A stretch of 64,000 bases of DNA from Podarcis erhardii (Eukaryota): assembly GCA_964252035.1 (NCBI GenBank), contig OZ176211.1; one strand, given 5' to 3'. The translations under genes were made by a program, and so were the position numbers. Positions 58,501 to 64,000 of the stretch are shown here, in pieces. The first letter of the stretch is position 1. Each line of letters starts with the position of its first letter. The notes beneath the pieces are model-generated. The model saw nothing but the letters and a program-made list of their open reading frames with translations, ran no database searches and had not been told where the DNA came from.

Positions 58501-61269
58501 TTAGACAAAGTACTTAGATGTTAGCTACGGTAATTTATTACTGTGGAGATAAGTGAAACTGAGGGCGAAACCACAATACCAAATTGATTACTTAATAATG
58601 GGGATTGGTGGATCCATCGAAACCTAGATTCTGCCTCACACCAAGGTCAAATCATTTCTCCACCTAGGCCAGTATATTCTATTCTGATTGGTGGCATCTC
58701 TGCTGGCTTTCAGGCAGAGAGCCTTTCTCGTCGCCTGCCAGTGATACCTGTGATTCCTTTTGAGCTGGAGATGCTGGAAACTGAGGCTGGGACCTTCTGA
58801 ATTCAAAGTGTGCAGTCCGTCACATAACTGCACTTTTCCCAAATCTGAATGTGGCACACATGCTTGAAATGGCTTCCCATCCACTTGATCACTGTGAAAA
58901 CAGGATACTTGACTATGTAGATCTTCTTGCATTTTTATAAGGGCCCTTCTTACATTCTTAGAATTGGCTCAAGCACATGCACAGTTCAGCCTACACCTAT
59001 GACCTTGCAGCAAAGCTTTTGGAAAAAGTAATGAGCAATAGTGTCATGAATGTGAGCTGAGCTGCAGGAGTAAGGTGTGTGCTTGATCCATCCCATGAAC
59101 CACTTTGTCCTACACTAAGTTCTATATTGATCCTCACAACCCATATTCTCAGAATATCAGGTTTTTAACTGGTTCATTTTAAACAGCTTAAATCCTAGTG
59201 TTTCAGCTTCAGCTGGGCTGTGTATCAAGCAGCTGATCAGCTAAATTTAGAAAGCAGCTGGCAGCTTTGTGTGCCTTCTTTCTTTCAGTTAACTTTTCAA
59301 TAAATATTTCACAAATTGGGGAAAGGACTATCTATGTAAACAATAAGCGCTCATGAGCAATCCCAGGAGGTGCAAGAACCCACAAGTATCACCCTGACCT
59401 ACGAGAAATACTGTTGCTCTAATCTGAAAGACTGCAGCAAACAGTTATGCTATATTCATAGACACACATGTGTAGGAAAACCTTGATTCATTCTCTTCTT
59501 CTTTTTTTCAAGGCAGGGCAATTGTAAATCCACCTTTCTGATCTCTTTTTGAGCCATCTTAACCACATGAAACATCTGCAAAACTGTCTCAGAGTGAACA
59601 TTTCCTCTTTTTGTTTCCTTGCCTTTGAAAAAGGACAGTGAAGCTAATATGCTGATCAATGGCTACTAGAGCATCCGACGTATAAGAGGAAATGCTGTTA
59701 GAACAATATTTCACATATGTTAATGTTTACAGTACCATTAGGGTCAGTCTTATTTTCTGTTTGATATATACCAAAGCTGGCATACAGTTTTAGCCAGTGA
59801 GGTAATGCCATTTTTAATTTAGAGAGCCTTTAGCTGTCCACTTTAACTAGTGATATCATCTTTGCAGTTGTCTCCTGAGATCTCATGTAAACATAAGTAA
59901 TGGGCCACAGACAGTTTGGAACTGCATTGTTAAAGGTGGCACTGGTCATTGTAAGGACATTTTCCCCCCTCAGCTCACTTCAGAATTGTCAGATATAGTT
60001 TACATTACTGCCATTACAACAACAACAAAATCCTCCATACATACATTGATATAATTTGGGCCATTTCAGTGTGCATAGCAAATGGGACAAAATGGCCAGA
60101 ACAAATTAATGCAACAAATTAATGTCAGTTATAGTGGGATAATGAAAAGAAAATGAGATTGTGGGGTGGGAGGGAAGCTAGTAGATGGGTTTTAAAAGCC
60201 GACATAATGGAGCAGAAAGAAATAAAAGATTTGCCATACTCGTCCATTTCTAGGTATTAGAAAGGGGCTCAAATCAACATGTGGACATGCCATTTCATGA
60301 CTTTCCAGCATCCTTCTGACAGCCTAGTTCCAGTCCTTCACTCCTAGGATCAGCCTATCTTTTCCCTGTTTTGCCTTGATATTTGAGATTAGTTTTTAAA
60401 AACTAATTATATTTGTAGATGCAGTGTAGGTTGTAGTGTTGCTTTGCAGGGTTAAAAAAAAGTTCGCATTTACGTCATTGGATCTGTACACCTAAATAAT
60501 TACACATCCTAATATTAATAATGTTGATGTAGTACAGGAAAAGTTGGAGTCTCTGAGTTGTGGTTGTAAACTGTCTCTTGTTGTACATGGCCAGAAGCAA
60601 TCCACTCCCCTTCCACAGTAGTTAGCAAGAACAAAAATTATGGTGGTCATTACGATGTATGGGTTTCTTTGTACAAAAGCAAAACAGGAGATCTGTAGTA
60701 ATGAGGGAGCAGTAGACGAAACAATGGCCAGGAAGGGGGACATGAACAGGAAGAGGAAAATTACACGACATCTGTCCAGCTAATTGTTGGTAGAGCTATA
60801 ATTATTTAATGAAGTATAAACCAGTGGCAGGCAGTCTTTCCTCAGTTCCAAAAATACAAGATTTCTTCGTGTGGGTTTGAGAATTGTAGTTCCCAGAACC
60901 AGCTGTGGCAGAGTTACTTGGAAATTCAACTATCCCCCTTCTGAAAGTAAGCATGATCTGGATGTAAACTACATAAAACATTTGCAAAAAAAACAAATGG
61001 GAGAATGGACCCAAACTGAGAAGACAGTCATCTGATAAATGATGGTTTGGTTGGGTGATCTGGTCCCATAGTTCATAGTAACCAATTTGGACATCTGGTC
61101 TGCTGAATGCTGAGTGCACATGCTTGGAATCTTATAAAATCTCATTTTACACTGCCAAGATAGAGCAGAACTGTTTTGGACAATTGCGACTTAACTTGTA
61201 ATACATCATGGCATTATACAAATGGGTTACATAATTTAAAACTTGTTTAAACTTTTGCTTGGAGAAAAG

Positions 61270-61345
61270 TAAGAAAGTTGAGAGATTGTTGGTTATGGTG
61301 GAACCCAGGCAGACAAAATTGTCTACCACCACAAGCATGTGGTCA
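61270..61345 (-). mobile_element. RTE-clade LINE RT fragment
   Basis: Minus strand LVVVDNFVCLGSTITNNLS resembles the RTE motif LEVVD.F.YLGS.IS; very short match. Confidence 0.4.
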
Positions 61346-61379
61346 CCAATGTTGTAATGCTTGTGAATATCAATTGATG

Positions 61380-61522
61380 AAAACAGGGGACGGGAAGAGA
61401 ATGCTCTTGTACTCAGGCCCCTGCTTGTTTCCTACAGGCATCTGGTTGGCCACTGTGAGAATGTGATGCTGGACTGGATGGGTCTGTGGCCTGATCCAAC
61501 AGGCTCTTCTCTTGCTGTTATG
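61380..61522 (+). mobile_element. CR1-type 3' tail
   Basis: GGCATCTGGTTGGCCACTGTGAGAATGTGATGCTGGACTGGATGGG...TGGCCTGATCCAACAGGCTCTTCT. Confidence 0.65.
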
Positions 61523-61865
61523 ACATGAACATTGCCAGTGTGAACACAAAAACAACAAATACACTTAAAACAAGACTAAAGCGCTAACAAGGGGGCACTA
61601 ATGGTAAAGACACATTTATCCCCCTGGGAAAGCCTGTTGACACAAAAAATGCCTTCACTTGTTTCCAGAAAGTGCATATAGCAGGCATCAATTGTATCTC
61701 GACAGGAATTCTATTCCACAGAACAGGGGCAGTCACACCAAAAGCCCTGCCCCACGTTGCTGTGGATTGAGCTTCTATGATCTCTGGAACTTGCCCTCAG
61801 ACCACAGTGATCAACTGGGCATATATCCTGCCCTTCCTCCTGAAGGAACTCAGGACAGCAAATGC

Positions 61866-61917
<52 letters not shown>
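61866..61917. repeat. (AAT)17 microsatellite
   Basis: Read directly. Confidence 0.95.
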
Positions 61918-63103
61918 GAAAGCATTCTAAAGCATTTAAAATGAGATGAAGTTCTTTTGAGGATTACTGCAATAGCACATTGGGAAATTCGAGAAATAAC
62001 AAGCCCATAGCCTTCCTTGGTGTGCAGAACCAGTTATGTGATTCTTTTGGTCCTGGCCATTGACCCATAAATTTTTTAGCTGCTGATTTCACTCTTATAC
62101 TTAGGTAAACTTCCAATATCAATAAGGGAGGGGGCATAACTCCTTAGTAGAATCTGTGTCTTGCATTGAAAAGGTTTTGGGTTCAGTCCTCAGTATCTAT
62201 GGTTGAAAGGTTCTCTGGTGGTGAAGTCCTGCTCTACGGCACTGAAGACCTGCCTGGAGTCAGAGTGAACCACTTTAAGCTAGATAGAGTAATGGCTGAG
62301 TTTGTATAAGGCAGATACGCATTTTCAATCAATGCAATATTCATCTCTTATCCTTTCATTTGGAGTTTATTATACAGAAGTGTATTTTAACATGCCCATG
62401 CAGATGAAACAGTAGGATATAAATTATCATTATTGTGTTCTGTATGAATATAATCAATCCAGTCACTTAGATTAGACATTTCAAAATAAAACTTAAAGCC
62501 GGGTTCTTTTTTGAGTGTGCAACAGATCTAATGTTATACAGATATTTCAAGTGATGTGATGCAAAAAGGATATGTGCTAAGATATACAGTGGAGTAGTAA
62601 AGAGCGCTAAATATTTAGAGCTTCATAAATTATTCTCTGGACCTATGTTTAGAGAGCTACATACAGAAATTAAAGTATTATGCAGAAATTAAAGCTGAAA
62701 AGGCATTTTAGAATTCAGGCGAGAACTTCACCATTTGAAAAGAACGCTGTGTATTATGTATTGATAACAATGCTGCTATAGACAAAGGATGCAATTTAAT
62801 AATACAGAATTGTACTCATGAGATTTCCTTTTTCTTGTTAATTGGTTACTTTAGCTGACATTGTCTGTAAGCATAATGGGCACCATTCTTCCTAATAGTT
62901 CTATGTTGCCAGATGATGTCTACAGACATGATGTAGTCCATTTTAATTATTGCATTTTGCTTACATCTCTCAGAATAACGCAGCTTCCAAACATGCTAGC
63001 ATTTTTCTTCATTATGTATGCTGCATGGCTATGGTTCCTAAATTAATTAGCTCTCTTTTCTTTCCTGGAAGTTAAAAGTTTCTTTCTTCAATTTATCTAC
63101 CAG

Positions 63104-63285
63104 GTACGATTATGTTGAAGTGATTGATGGAGACAACGCAAATGGCCGAGTATGGGGAAAGTTTTGCGGCAAGATCGCCCCTCCTCCTGTGATATCTACA
63201 GGACCATACCTCTTAATCAAGTTTGTCTCTGATTATGAAACTCATGGAGCAGGCTTTTCCATTCGCTATGAAATTTTCAAAAAAG
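63104..63285 (+). CDS. NRP1: Neuropilin-1 exon 3 (CUB1/a1, second half); gene continues beyond the window
   Basis: Acceptor ...TTTATCTACCAG, 182 nt, donor GTGAGC. Encodes YDYVEVIDGDNANGRVWGKFCGKIAPPPVISTGPYLLIKFVSDYETHGAGFSIRYEIFKK; phase fits exon 2 (AA+G = Lys). Confidence 0.98.
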
Positions 63286-63635
63286 GTGAGCAAAAATAAT
63301 TTAAGGTTGTTTTGTCACGCTAATTATTTCAAGCCTAAAATATTAACAGTAGGGATTGTTCAAACTGAAGAGGCCTAGTATTGGGGATGGGGGTAATTAA
63401 AATAGCAATTTGTAACGGATCAGTGGCAAGCGTGTTGTATTAATGGGAATCCTGTGTTCAAATGTCTACTCACCCATGGAGCTCAGAGAGTAACTGTAGT
63501 TAAGTTGCTATCTCTTAGCCTATCTTGATGAAAACATATTTACCATTCATATCTTCTAGCATTCTGTTTTCAGTAGTGTTTTTATGGAAATCATACAAGA
63601 AAGTCATGATGGTTATAAACTTCCTTTATTGGAGG

Positions 63636-63770
63636 GGTGGGGAACTGGTGACCCTCCAGATATTGTTGCACTATAACTCACATCACCACTGACCGTTGAC
63701 CATGTTGCCTTTGCTGATGGGTGTTAAAGTCTGAAGACCTCTGGAGGACCACAGGTTGCCCACACTTGCT
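63636..63770. mobile_element. Degenerate palindromic hAT-type MITE
   Basis: GGGGAACTGGTGACCCTCCAGATATTG...CTGGAGGACCACAGGTTGCCCAC; same family as 18334 and 23135. Confidence 0.6.
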
Positions 63771-64000
63771 CTGTTCCCTTATCCCTAACAGAAATAATCC
63801 TTTTGCTGCTTATGACAGGACATGCTTAAATCGCTATGTCTTTGTTCACATGTTATATTAAACCATAATTGATGCTGAACTATGGTTTAACACAAACAAG
63901 CAGCTTTGTTGACGATACTGCTCCAGGAGCAAGAAATCATAAGCTTTGGTTTGCTGTTTGATCTAAATCCAAACAAGCCAAGAACATTGTGCCAGGATTG

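Overview
Vertebrate genomic DNA, most likely from a lacertid lizard (Podarcis/Lacerta-like), judged from Sauria SINEs and other squamate repeats. The window holds the 5' end of neuropilin-1 (NRP1) on the + strand: a ~3 kb CpG island/promoter (~9.7-12.7 kb), coding exon 1 (12799-12865, signal peptide), and exons 2 (16021-16195) and 3 (63104-63285), which together encode the first CUB (a1) domain. Intron 1 is 3.2 kb and intron 2 is 46.9 kb; the gene continues past the window. The rest is intergenic or intronic DNA with many transposable elements (Sauria and CORE SINEs, L1/L2/CR1 fragments, solo LTRs, Tigger-, Tc2-, hAT- and Harbinger-like non-autonomous elements). Best leads: (1) two diverged LTR relics both retain traces of a peptide with a Trp/acidic N-terminus and a basic RRSxRL C-terminus; (2) a Penelope-like fragment in a (TA)n tract carries a minimal hammerhead ribozyme; (3) a 1.36 kb Tc2-like element contains a young 154-bp tandem array; (4) NRP1 regulatory candidates: two CTCF motifs sharing a 15-bp core, uORFs, a possible upstream first exon, an exon 3 that recreates a donor site, and FOX:ETS motifs. 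All family assignments come from pattern recognition; no database searches were run, and TE boundaries lacking TSDs are approximate.
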